Position numbers and translations under genes: made by a program
NCBI GenBank assembly: GCA_031406795.1
Contig: JANOHV010000104.1
Span: 1 to 32,905, forward strand
Source of the DNA: Candidatus Rokuibacteriota bacterium
Lineage (GTDB): Bacteria; JAUVQV01; DATDCY01
Length of the DNA: 32,905 nucleotides
Direction of reading: 5' to 3'
In this document: positions 1 through 8,228 of the stretch, one piece after another
How positions within the stretch are numbered: position 1 is the stretch's first letter
Layout: every line of letters starts with the position of its first letter
Notes under the pieces: model-generated
The model's input: only the letters and a program-made list of their open reading frames with translations
The model's database searches: none
What the model was told of the DNA's origin: nothing

Positions 1-828
1 CTGGATGTCCTTGACCCCGCCGATGCGCCGGAAGGCCTTCTCTTCGATCACCCGCAGCAGCTTCGCCTGCAGGTCGAAACGCATCTCGGCGATCTCGTCG
101 AGGAAGATCGTGCCGCCGTCGGCCAGCTCGAAGAGCCCCTTCTTCGTCCCCTTGGCGTCGGTGTAGGCGCCGCGCTCGTAGCCGAAGAGCTCGCTCTCGA
201 GCAGCTGCTCGGGCAGCGAGGCGCAGTTGACGGCCATGAACGGGCGCTCGGCGCGCGCGCCGGTGTAGTGCAGCGCCTTCGCGACCAGGTCCTTGCCGGT
301 GCCGCTCTCGCCCTGGAGCAGCACGGTGGAGGCGCCGGAGGAGGCGACCCGCGCGACCAGGTCGAGCACGGCGCGCATCGGGGCGCTGACCGCGACCACC
401 CGGTCGAGGGAGAAGCGGGCCGGCTGCGCCGGGCGCAGGCGCGGGACCTCCCCCCGCAGGCGGCGGGGGTCGGGGCCCGTCCTGATCGAGAGCTTGACCC
501 CCTCGAGGTTGAACGGCTTGTTCAGGTAGTCGAAGGCCCCGGCCTTCATCGCGGCCACCGCGGTGTCGACCATGCCGTAGGCGGTGATCATGATGACGAC
601 GATCTCGGGGTCCGCCGCCTTGAGCTTCTGCAACACCTCGATACCGCCCATGCCGGGCAGCTGGACATCGAGCAGGACCAGGTCCGGCGAGGACTCGCGC
701 GCCAGGCGCAACGCGCTCTCGCCGTCCTCGGCGGTGGTGACCTCGTACCCTTCCTTGGCGAGCTCCTGCTGGAGCGACCAGCGGATCAGGTACTCGTCGT
801 CGACGACCAGAATGCGTTCTTTTGTCAT
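1..828 (-). CDS. Sigma54-dependent (NtrC-family) response regulator, C-terminus runs off the window edge
   Basis: Not in the ORF track; translated by hand from ATG at 828: [19 protein letters not shown] (receiver domain, [14 protein letters not shown]), then AAA+ Walker [25 protein letters not shown], and Walker [10 protein letters not shown]. Frame is open to position 1. Confidence 0.95.
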   Translation of the reverse strand, partial: MTKERILVVDDEYLIRWSLQQELAKEGYEVTTAEDGESALRLARESSPDLVLLDVQLPGMGGIEVLQKLKAADPEIVVIMITAYGMVDTAVAAMKAGAFDYLNKPFNLEGVKLSIRTGPDPRRLRGEVPRLRPAQPARFSLDRVVAVSAPMRAVLDLVARVASSGASTVLLQGESGTGKDLVAKALHYTGARAERPFMAVNCASLPEQLLESELFGYERGAYTDAKGTKKGLFELADGGTIFLDEIAEMRFDLQAKLLRVIEEKAFRRIGGVKDIQ

Positions 829-870
829 AGGCCCGGCTTCCCTCAGTGGCTGTCCGTGAATGCGCGGGTG

Positions 871-900
871 ATTATAGCGCGTTCTGCGGGCCACGCGGAA
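871..900 (-). promoter_or_regulatory. Putative sigma70 promoter for the response regulator
   Basis: Minus strand TTCCGC-N18-TATAAT, with a perfect -10 at 871-876 about 40 nt upstream of the ATG. Confidence 0.4.
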
Positions 901-959
901 CCTCTTCGTCAGCGAGAACGCCCTGTCGCGCGTCTGACCGACCTCGGGGAAGCTCAGGC

Positions 960-2450
960 CTACGCCGGGACGCGCGTCTCGACGACCGGTATGCGCACCG
1001 TGAAGGTCGTGCCGACCCCCGGCTCGCTCGTCACGCTGACGGTGCCGCCGCCCTGCTCGACGATCTTGCGCGTGATCGACAGCCCCAGCCCCGTGCCTTG
1101 GGTGCGCGTCGTGTAGAAGGGGCTGAAGATTTTTTCGCGGCTGGCGGGCGGGATGCCGACCCCCGTGTCGGCGACCGTGGCCACGATGAAGCTCTGCCCC
1201 CCGTCGGCGTCCGCCTCGTCGCGCAGCGCCGTGCGCAGCGTCAGATCGCCGCCCTCGGGCATCGCCTGCGTCGCGTTGAGAATCAGGTTCAGGAAGGCCT
1301 GCTCCAGGTGCTTGCCGTCGGCCATCGTCCGGGGCAGGCCCGCGGCGAAGTCGCGATGGACCCGGACCTTCGTCCGCGCCGGGTTCGGCAGCGCGATGAA
1401 GCTCGCCCGGTCGAGGATCTCGTTGACGTCCACCGGGCTCGGTTCGCCGGTGAGCGGCTGCGCGTAGTTGAGCAGGTCGCGGATCGTCTTGTCCATGCGG
1501 TTGCACTGGTGCAGGATCTGGTCGGCCACCTCGCGCCGCGGGTCTTCGCGCGGGAAATCGTCGGCGAGGACCTGCACCGCCCCGGAAATGCCGGCGAGCG
1601 GGTTCTTGATCTCGTGAGCGACGTTCGCCGCCAGCTCGCCGATGCTCGCCAGGCGCTCTGCGCGAATCAGCTGCTCGGTGTGGAAGCGCTCGATCTCGCG
1701 CTGGGTGGTATCGAGCTTCTCGATCATCGAATTGAGGCTGCGACCCAGGCTGCCGAGCTCGTCGCGGCGGGGCAGGCGCACGCGGGCCGAGAGATCGCCG
1801 CCTTCGGCGCGGCGCATCGCCTGCACGAGGTTCGAAATCGGCCGGTTGACCTGGACAGCGAAGATCAGCCAGATCGCGAAGCCGACCAGCGCGATGGTCA
1901 CCACCGCGGAACTGGCGAGGAACGTCCGGTTCTCGGCGACCTTGGCGTCCGTCTTCTTCATCGAGAGGCAGAGCTCGAAGATCGACAGCACCTCGCTGCT
2001 GGTCACGTGGCAGGCGCGGCAGGCGGTGTCGTTGCGGATCGTCTCGACCATGCAGAAAGCGTTGTAGCCGTGCCCGCCGCGGTACGGCATGCTCGGCACG
2101 CCGGCCTTGAAGATCTCCAGGCCGATGTCCTCGATCGTCAGGCCGACTTCCTGCTTGTCGGCGGACTTGGTGACCTTGCCGTTCTCGTCGAAGATCCGCA
2201 GGCTCTCGATGTCCGGGACGATGCCGATGCGCTCGAAGATCCCCTGGACGTCCTGGGCGCACTCGCCGCGCATGTCGTGCTGGATGCTCTTGACGATGGC
2301 GTGCGTCAACACCGCCGCCTGGTCCTTGGTCGTGTCGATAAACTGGTTGCTCTGGGCCTCGATGATGTAGAAGTACGAGCCCCCGACGCAGAGAACGAGG
2401 ATCAGCGTGACCAGCGCGGCGATCTTGCCGCGCAGCGTTGTCAGCCACAT
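960..2450 (-). CDS. Sensor histidine kinase (periplasmic domain with CxxCH, HAMP, HisKA, HATPase)
   Basis: Two TM segments flank a periplasmic region containing CRACH. HAMP (RRDELGSL), H-box AHEIKNPL, N-box NLILNA, and G-boxes DTGVGI and GTGLGL follow. Confidence 0.95.
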   Translation of the reverse strand: MWLTTLRGKIAALVTLILVLCVGGSYFYIIEAQSNQFIDTTKDQAAVLTHAIVKSIQHDMRGECAQDVQGIFERIGIVPDIESLRIFDENGKVTKSADKQEVGLTIEDIGLEIFKAGVPSMPYRGGHGYNAFCMVETIRNDTACRACHVTSSEVLSIFELCLSMKKTDAKVAENRTFLASSAVVTIALVGFAIWLIFAVQVNRPISNLVQAMRRAEGGDLSARVRLPRRDELGSLGRSLNSMIEKLDTTQREIERFHTEQLIRAERLASIGELAANVAHEIKNPLAGISGAVQVLADDFPREDPRREVADQILHQCNRMDKTIRDLLNYAQPLTGEPSPVDVNEILDRASFIALPNPARTKVRVHRDFAAGLPRTMADGKHLEQAFLNLILNATQAMPEGGDLTLRTALRDEADADGGQSFIVATVADTGVGIPPASREKIFSPFYTTRTQGTGLGLSITRKIVEQGGGTVSVTSEPGVGTTFTVRIPVVETRVPA

Positions 2451-2491
2451 GGCGTCATGGGGTCTGGCATGGAGAAGGAAGTTCGAGGCGG

Positions 2492-2707
2492 CGGGAGGGG
2501 ATCAACCCCTCCCCTACAGGAACAAAGACAGATCTGACATGCGTCCCAAAGCTCGGAAACGGCGCAGGGTCGAAAAGGGGATTCTTCATAGGTAGATTCG
2601 CCGTATGGGCGGGAGGGGGTGAACCCCTCCCCTACGGGAACGGGGAGAAATGTGTCGTTCAGCCCCAGGCCTCGACACGGCGTAGGGGCGGGATTCATTC
2701 CCGCCCG
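2492..2707. repeat. Cluster of three GTAG-type REP palindromes
   Basis: cgggaggggatcaacccctcccctac (2492-2517), cgggagggggtgaacccctcccctac (2610-2635), gtaggggcgggattcattcccgcccg (2682-2707). Confidence 0.85.
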
Positions 2708-2721
2708 AACCTGCGTGCCGA

Positions 2722-3567
2722 TCACGAAGCGACCCGCGCGCCGGCGGGCGTGGGCAGCTCCGCGGGCGCGGCCGACGGCAGGTTTTCGAAGACCGTCTGG
2801 TACGAGACCACCGGGCAGGCGGTGCACTCCAGGCAACGGATGCAGTCCACCGAGCGCTCGTTCTGCCAGATGCTGATGTCCATCGGGCAGTTCTCGCGGC
2901 AGCGGTCGCAGCGCGTGCAGGAGCCGTGGTCGACGCGCATCTGGTAGACGCTGAAGGAGTTGAAAAACGAGAAGATGGTGCCGAGCGCGCAGGCCGTGCG
3001 ACAGAACGGCCGCTTCGCCGCGGCTGACCAGACGGCGAAGAGCGAGAGGATCGCGAGCTTGATGAAGAACATCTTCACCAACATCGCGCGGATGCTCTCG
3101 TCGAGCAGCGACCAGGGGATGCCGGCGATCAGGATGCCGTCGGGGCAGAGCTTCGAGAACCAGGGCTCCTGGGTGATCGCCGAGAGGGTGAAGACCAGGC
3201 CGGCGAGGACCAGGTACTTGGCGTAGGTCAAGGCCTTGGGGATGGCGATCTTGACGCTGCGCACCTTGTACAGCAGGTCCTGGAAGAAGCCGAACGGGCA
3301 GAGCCAGCCGCAGCACATCCGGCCGACGACGGCGCCGATGGCCGCCAGATAGCCCACCACGTAGGCCGGTATCGCCCCGCCGACGATCGCGAAGTGCTGG
3401 ATCGTGCCGATCGGGCACGCGAAAAGCGCGCCGGGGCAGGCGTAGCAGTTGAGCGTCGGGGTGCAGTACTCTTTGAGCGAGCCCTGGTAGATCGCCTTGT
3501 TGGTGAAGCCGAGCAGATACCCGTTCTGCCCGAACGTCGCGAGGATTTGAAAAAGTCGTCGTTTCAT
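2722..3567 (-). CDS. Membrane-bound 4Fe-4S binding protein (NapH/MauN/RdxA-like polyferredoxin)
   Basis: LNCYACPGALFACPIG, CCGWLCPFG, KLCPDG and PFCRTAC motifs among TM helices; C-terminal ferredoxin motifs CTRCDRCRENCP and CIRCLECTACP. Confidence 0.92.
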   Translation of the reverse strand: MKRRLFQILATFGQNGYLLGFTNKAIYQGSLKEYCTPTLNCYACPGALFACPIGTIQHFAIVGGAIPAYVVGYLAAIGAVVGRMCCGWLCPFGFFQDLLYKVRSVKIAIPKALTYAKYLVLAGLVFTLSAITQEPWFSKLCPDGILIAGIPWSLLDESIRAMLVKMFFIKLAILSLFAVWSAAAKRPFCRTACALGTIFSFFNSFSVYQMRVDHGSCTRCDRCRENCPMDISIWQNERSVDCIRCLECTACPVVSYQTVFENLPSAAPAELPTPAGARVAS

Positions 3568-3622
3568 GTCACCCGGGAATCGTCATCGCGCCGGCGACGC
3601 TAAATATTTGTTAGCCTTCACG

Positions 3623-3692
3623 CGGGAGGGTATGAAACCCTCCCCTACGACCCGGATCGTTGACGACGTAGGGGCGGGATTTATTCCCGCCC
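3623..3692. repeat. Inverted REP doublet (REPIN/BIME-like)
   Basis: cgggagggtatgaaaccctcccctac, spacer, gtaggggcgggatttattcccgccc. Confidence 0.85.
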
Positions 3693-3704
3693 AAAATCGC
3701 AACG

Positions 3705-3742
3705 GCATCGCGCTTTGTTGGGGGGTCAACCGACCCCGATGC
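3705..3742 (-). promoter_or_regulatory. Bacterial SECIS-like stem-loop
   Basis: 12 nt after the in-frame UGA (3752-3750): GGGGUC-GGUU-GACCCC (3737-3722), with an outer GCAUC/GAUGC pair. The apical loop starts with G and lies 18 nt from the UGA. Confidence 0.7.
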
Positions 3743-3875
3743 AGCTGAGTCAGACGAGTGTTGCATTGAAGAGCGTGTCGCCGATCTGATCGGCGAGCAC
3801 GCCCCAGACCAGCGCCCCGACCGCGAGCGCGGCGGCGACGATAGCGACGATCTTTTCCCGGCGGGGCCGATTCAT
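3726..3875 (-). CDS. Small membrane selenoprotein with UxxC motif (resembles CD1871A-like CxxC microproteins)
   Basis: MNRPRREKIVAIVAAALAVGALVWGVLADQIGDTLFNATLV-[TGA=U]-LSCIGVG*. One TM helix, a U-x-x-C-I-G-x-G terminus, a downstream SECIS-like hairpin, and a position directly upstream of a 4Fe-4S membrane protein. Confidence 0.8.
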
Positions 3876-3904
3876 CGAGTTACACCACGGGGACGAGGAC
3901 GGCC

Positions 3905-5089
3905 CTAGACCTCATCCCCGGTCGAAGGGAGGTTCATCAGGATCTCCAGCGCGCGGCGGAAATCCGCGGACGCCCGTTTGAGATCCCCCCCCGCTTCGCT
4001 GCCCTGCGCCCGGCGGAAATAGGTGCCGGCGTCAAGCGGGTTGAGCTCGAGCGCGGCCTTGAACTTCTCCTCCGCGTCCGCGGACTTGCCCTGCCTGGCG
4101 AGCACGAGGGCCAAATTCGAGACCGCGGGCGTGTACGTCGGGTCCAACGCGACGGCCTTCTCGAAAGCCGCGAAGGCCTCGTCGATCTTCCCGAGCTCCA
4201 GCAGCGCCTCGCCCTTGCCGGTGTGCGCGGTCACGTCGTTCGGGGCGATCGCCGCCGCCGCGCTGAACTGTTCCGCGGCCTGCTGCACGCTCTTCGGGTC
4301 CTTCTTGGCGAGCAGCAGCTGGCCGAGGAACACGCGGGGGGCGGCGTAGGTAGGATCCGCCGCCGCGGCCAGTTCGAGCTGCTCCATGGCCTTGTCACGA
4401 TTGCCGCGCTGGAACATCGTGCGGCCGAAGTTGAAGTGCCGCAGCGCCTTCGAGTCGGGCTTGTAGACCGGCACGGCAGCCACGGCATCGGCCTTGGGCG
4501 CCTCGCGCACGCCGAGCAGGATCTCGACCGACTCGCGGATGCCCTCCCCGGTGGAGCGCAGGTAGCTCGCCGTCTCGTGGACGATCTTGCCCTCGGCGTT
4601 GATCACCGCGGTCGAGGGTGTCGCCACGACACCAAACGCGTTGTAGGTCTCGAGGCCGGCGTCGATCACGATCGGCACCGTGAGCTTGAGGCTCGTCTTG
4701 AGCTCCTCGATCTGCCGCCGGTCGTCCGGGCCGAGGCTCAGCCGGTTGACGTTTACCGCGAGAACCTGAAAGCCCTTGTCGGCATACTGGGTGGCGAGCT
4801 TCTGCGCGTCCTCGAGAGCCGGCGTCGAGCGCGGGCTCCAGGTGGCGAAGAACACCAGGAGCGTTGCCGGCTGCCCCTTGACCTGGGCGAGCGTGTACTC
4901 CTTCCCGTCGAGAGTCTTCAACGAGAACTCCGGCACTTCCATCCCGACCTTCAGGTATTTGAAGGCCGCCCCCGCCTGGGGGATGGCGAAGAGCATGACG
5001 AGCAGGGCTGCGAATCCCGTCAGTACGTGGGTCGCCGTGCGCCACCCCCGACGGGGCGCTGCGGCCGGCGGCGGACCTTGAAGCGGCAT
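3905..5089 (-). CDS. Exported TlpA/ResA-like thioredoxin-fold (SxxS, no active-site Cys) + TPR protein
   Basis: Signal peptide; PEFSLKTLDGK...LLVFFATWSPRS...FQVLAVN...FGVVATPST redoxin pattern; C-terminal TPRs; RBS AAGGAGGAG. Confidence 0.85.
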   Translation of the reverse strand: MPLQGPPPAAAPRRGWRTATHVLTGFAALLVMLFAIPQAGAAFKYLKVGMEVPEFSLKTLDGKEYTLAQVKGQPATLLVFFATWSPRSTPALEDAQKLATQYADKGFQVLAVNVNRLSLGPDDRRQIEELKTSLKLTVPIVIDAGLETYNAFGVVATPSTAVINAEGKIVHETASYLRSTGEGIRESVEILLGVREAPKADAVAAVPVYKPDSKALRHFNFGRTMFQRGNRDKAMEQLELAAAADPTYAAPRVFLGQLLLAKKDPKSVQQAAEQFSAAAAIAPNDVTAHTGKGEALLELGKIDEAFAAFEKAVALDPTYTPAVSNLALVLARQGKSADAEEKFKAALELNPLDAGTYFRRAQGSEAGGDLKRASADFRRALEILMNLPSTGDEV

Positions 5090-5101
5090 GACCCTCCTCC
5101 T

Positions 5102-5782
5102 TCAGTAGAGCAGGAACTGTTTCTCGGAACCGTGCGGATTGTGGCACTCCGGACACTGCTTGCTCGCGCTCTTCTCGATGTGCGACTGGCTGCGGCTCTG
5201 GGCATGGCACTGCATGCACAGCGTCCGCACCCCCATGACCAGGAAGGCCGGGTTGGCCGAACCGTGCGGATCGTGGCAGATGCTGCACTGCCCGGCACCG
5301 AGCGGCCCGTGCAGGTACTTGTACCCGGTTTTCGGGTCGTGGCACGTGTTGCACAGCTTGGCCTCGGACACCGGCGAGGTCCGGCCGACGCCCTGCGGGT
5401 GACAGGCCTTGCACTCCCCTTCCTGGACCGGGTCGTGGTAGCGGTACGAGCGTCCCCCGGCGTCCTTGGTCTGGTACTCGAATGTCGACTGCCGGGATTC
5501 CGCCCCGGACTTGACCACCAGGGTGTTCTTGCCCGGGACAAGCGCGAGCGGGCCGGTGAACGCCTTCCCGACCTGTTTGATCCCGTCGACCTTGCGCCCG
5601 TTGAGCACGACCTCGAGCGTTCCCGAGGACCCGCTCCCGATCAGGGTCAGCGGCGAGCGATCGAGCGTGGCGCCATCCGGCGGGGCGAGGATCTTGAGCT
5701 CCTCGCCCGACGCGCCGCCGGCGGTGATCAGGGTTGCCGCCAGGACGACGCCGGCAACAGCGGCGGAACCGAATCGTTTCAT
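5102..5782 (-). CDS. Exported pentaheme cytochrome c with N-terminal beta-rich (Ig-like) domain
   Basis: Start moved to the ATG at 5782 (MKRFGSAAVAG, RBS GGAG). Motifs CKACH, CNTCH, CSICH, CMQCH, CPECH with HGP and CHxPHGS paired-CXXCH repeats. Confidence 0.92.
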   Translation of the reverse strand: MKRFGSAAVAGVVLAATLITAGGASGEELKILAPPDGATLDRSPLTLIGSGSSGTLEVVLNGRKVDGIKQVGKAFTGPLALVPGKNTLVVKSGAESRQSTFEYQTKDAGGRSYRYHDPVQEGECKACHPQGVGRTSPVSEAKLCNTCHDPKTGYKYLHGPLGAGQCSICHDPHGSANPAFLVMGVRTLCMQCHAQSRSQSHIEKSASKQCPECHNPHGSEKQFLLY

Positions 5783-5789
5783 GTCGCTC

Positions 5790-6785
5790 CTACTGCTTGC
5801 CGAAGAGCCGCGTGAGCGCCAGCTTGTAGCTCTCGACGGCCTTGGCGAGGTCGCCCTTCTTCTCATAGGCCTTCCCCATCTCGTAGTAGACTTTCTCGGG
5901 TTTGGGGTTCATCTTGATCGCCGACTGGAAATATTCGAGGGCCTTGTCCGTTTCGCCCTTCTTCGCGTGGGCCATGCCGAGGCCAACCTTGGCGTCGTTG
6001 CTGGTCGGGTCGCACTTGATGACGTAGGTGAACTCCCCGATCGCCTCGTCGACCTTGCCGTCGTCGAGAAAGGTGTGCCCGAGCAGGATGTGCGCATCGC
6101 AGAAGCCGGGGTCGAGCTTGAGGATCTCCTGAAGCTTCGCGACCGCCTTCTCCTTCATCCCGCGCTCCATCAGCACCATCGCGAGGCCGTACATCTTCTT
6201 GGCCTCCTTCTCCTCGGTGCTCGCCGCGGGGCCCTCCTGGGGGCGGATGGCGAGCTCGGCGTCCCCGGCCTTCTTCTCCCCGAGGGCCACCAGGGCGTAC
6301 TCGTTGGTGATCAGCTCGAGGTCAAAGGCGATCTGGTTCTCCTCGTGAATGAGCACGCCGGCCTTGTCGACCCAGATGACTTCGGGCATCGCCACGACGC
6401 CAAGCGTCCCGTAGAGCTCCTCGGTCCCCATCAGGATCGGAAAGCCCGCGCCTTCGGCGAGGGCCTTCGCGTCCTCGGCCTTGCCCTTGCCGAAGTAGAC
6501 GCCGAGGTAGACGACGCCCTTCTCCTTCATGGCCGCCCAACTCTTGCCGACGCGCTTGAACGCGTTGGCGGTGCTCGGGCCCTCCTTGAAGAAGACCATC
6601 ACGTGGGCCTGGCCCGGGGCGAAGCCGGCGTCGGCGCCGGCGGTGTCCTTGAGCGTGAACGCCGGCATCTTGTCGCCGTTCTTGACCTTGTTGAAACTCT
6701 GGGCCGGTGCGGCCAGCGCGATTAGCGCGGCCAGCGCGAAGATGGCCGGAAGGACCCGGGTGCGGTTCTTGATGCGGCTTGTCAT
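5790..6785 (-). CDS. Exported degenerate thioredoxin-fold (no CxxC) + TPR protein
   Basis: Signal peptide; VKNGDKMPAFTLKDTAG, VMVFFKEGPST in place of WCxxC, LGVVAMPEVIWVDK (cis-Pro loop); C-terminal TPRs. Confidence 0.8.
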   Translation of the reverse strand: MTSRIKNRTRVLPAIFALAALIALAAPAQSFNKVKNGDKMPAFTLKDTAGADAGFAPGQAHVMVFFKEGPSTANAFKRVGKSWAAMKEKGVVYLGVYFGKGKAEDAKALAEGAGFPILMGTEELYGTLGVVAMPEVIWVDKAGVLIHEENQIAFDLELITNEYALVALGEKKAGDAELAIRPQEGPAASTEEKEAKKMYGLAMVLMERGMKEKAVAKLQEILKLDPGFCDAHILLGHTFLDDGKVDEAIGEFTYVIKCDPTSNDAKVGLGMAHAKKGETDKALEYFQSAIKMNPKPEKVYYEMGKAYEKKGDLAKAVESYKLALTRLFGKQ

Positions 6786-6801
6786 GCTCAGCCTCCCCGC
6801 C

Positions 6802-8130
6802 CTAGTACTTGACCGCGGTCTCGCGGTCGTAGGTCTGCTCGCGGTGGCAGCCGACCACGCAATTGCCGCCCGTCGGCAGCTTCGTGAACTTGACCGGCAG
6901 CTGCCAGCCGCCGGTCCCGAAGGGAACCTTCTCGCGGATGTGCTTCTCCTGGTCGCCGGCGTGCATCTCGTGGCAGGCCTTGCAGCTGCGGCCCTTCTTC
7001 TGGTTGATGTGGAAGTAGTGCAGGTTGCGGTTGCCGTTGCGGAAACCGGTCAGCGTCGAGGTGACCTCGGTCAGCGCCATGTCCTTGTTGTGACAATCCC
7101 AGCAGATGGCGTAGTTCTCGGTCTTGTATTCCATGTAGAACTCGGGCGGGAAGAACTTCTTGAGGATCTTCACGTAGTCCGAGCCGTGCGTGTCGTGGCA
7201 GGCATAGCAGTCGTCCTGCTGGACCGGGCCGTGCAGCGACTTGGAGGCCAGCACCCGGGAACCGATGTCCTTGTGGCAGCTGTAGCAGATCTGCTTGGTC
7301 GAGAGCTTCAGCTGGCGCACATAGTCGGAGGAGTGCGGCGTGTGGCAGCCGGTGCAGGTGCCGCTCTTGAGCGCGCCGTGCTGGGTCTTGGCCTTCTTGA
7401 CGTGCTCCTGGACCTTCGAGTGGCAGGAGAAGCACAGCGCGGTCGGCTCGTTCTTGAGCAGGTACTTGTAGGCGCCGCTGTGGGAGTCGTGGCAGACGGA
7501 GCAGGACTCGGTGACCGGCTTGTGCACGCTCTTGCGGGTGAACTCGGCCTTGCGGTCCTCATGGCAGAGAAAGCACAGCGTGTTGCCGGAGGCCTCGAGC
7601 TGGTACTTGTAGTCCGAGGCGTGCGGGTTGTGGCAGACGTTGCAGTCGCCGGCGGCGACCGGGCCGTGGAGGAACTCCTTGTTCGTCTTGTTGTTCTCGT
7701 GGCAGGAGAAGCAGAGCGCGGAGGTCGTCGGCTTGCGCATCTGGAACTTCGCGTCGGACTGGTGGGGATCGTGACAGGCGATGCAGTCGCCCATCGCCAC
7801 CGGCCCGTGGATGAACTTGCCCTGCAGCTTCTTCTGGAGCGACTCGTGACAGATGAAACACAGGTCCTTGCCCTTGGCGGCGATCGTGAAGCTCGCCGAA
7901 CTGTGCTTCTCGGGGGTGTAGCTGGTGCGGGTGCGGTGGCAGGCGGTGCACACGCCGGCGCCGACCGGGCCGTGGACGTACTTGGCCTTGCCCATCCCCG
8001 GGTGGCACTTCTCGGAGAGACAGTTGTCGCCGCCCGGCGACTGTGCCCGAACGGGAACCGCGGCAAACAGCGCGGCTGCGACGAGCGCAATCAGGACGAA
8101 CAGCGTGTGGTGCAACTTGGTACCCTGCAT
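6802..8130 (-). CDS. Large exported multiheme cytochrome c (13 CxxCH + CX4CH + CX3CH; up to 15 hemes)
   Basis: Start moved to the ATG at 8130 (RBS AAAGGAGG). Signal peptide, repeated HGP(V)..CxxCHxxH..LCxxCH units, N-terminal CLSEKCH and C-terminal CVVGCH. Confidence 0.95.
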   Translation of the reverse strand: MQGTKLHHTLFVLIALVAAALFAAVPVRAQSPGGDNCLSEKCHPGMGKAKYVHGPVGAGVCTACHRTRTSYTPEKHSSASFTIAAKGKDLCFICHESLQKKLQGKFIHGPVAMGDCIACHDPHQSDAKFQMRKPTTSALCFSCHENNKTNKEFLHGPVAAGDCNVCHNPHASDYKYQLEASGNTLCFLCHEDRKAEFTRKSVHKPVTESCSVCHDSHSGAYKYLLKNEPTALCFSCHSKVQEHVKKAKTQHGALKSGTCTGCHTPHSSDYVRQLKLSTKQICYSCHKDIGSRVLASKSLHGPVQQDDCYACHDTHGSDYVKILKKFFPPEFYMEYKTENYAICWDCHNKDMALTEVTSTLTGFRNGNRNLHYFHINQKKGRSCKACHEMHAGDQEKHIREKVPFGTGGWQLPVKFTKLPTGGNCVVGCHREQTYDRETAVKY

Positions 8131-8228
8131 GTCGCAAGCCTCCTTTGTGCTACGAACCATCACGCATCTCCCGGTAGACCGCCAGGCCACTGCAAGCTCC
8201 CTCGCGCACCGCCGCGGTTCGTCTACGA

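Noticed and set aside
150-180. GAYTDA instead of GAFTGA in the sigma54 activator
   Set aside because: Y-for-F and D-for-G variants are common among enhancer-binding proteins; not evidence of a new mechanism by itself.
420-490. Proline-rich receiver-AAA linker ([20 protein letters not shown]) where a helix is expected
   Set aside because: The frame is intact; this could be divergence or local base-call errors and cannot be resolved without reads.
3681-3728. Readthrough of the second TGA of the selenoprotein ORF
   Set aside because: It would add only a short tail running into a REP and ending at TAA, and the CIGxG terminus already looks like a natural end.
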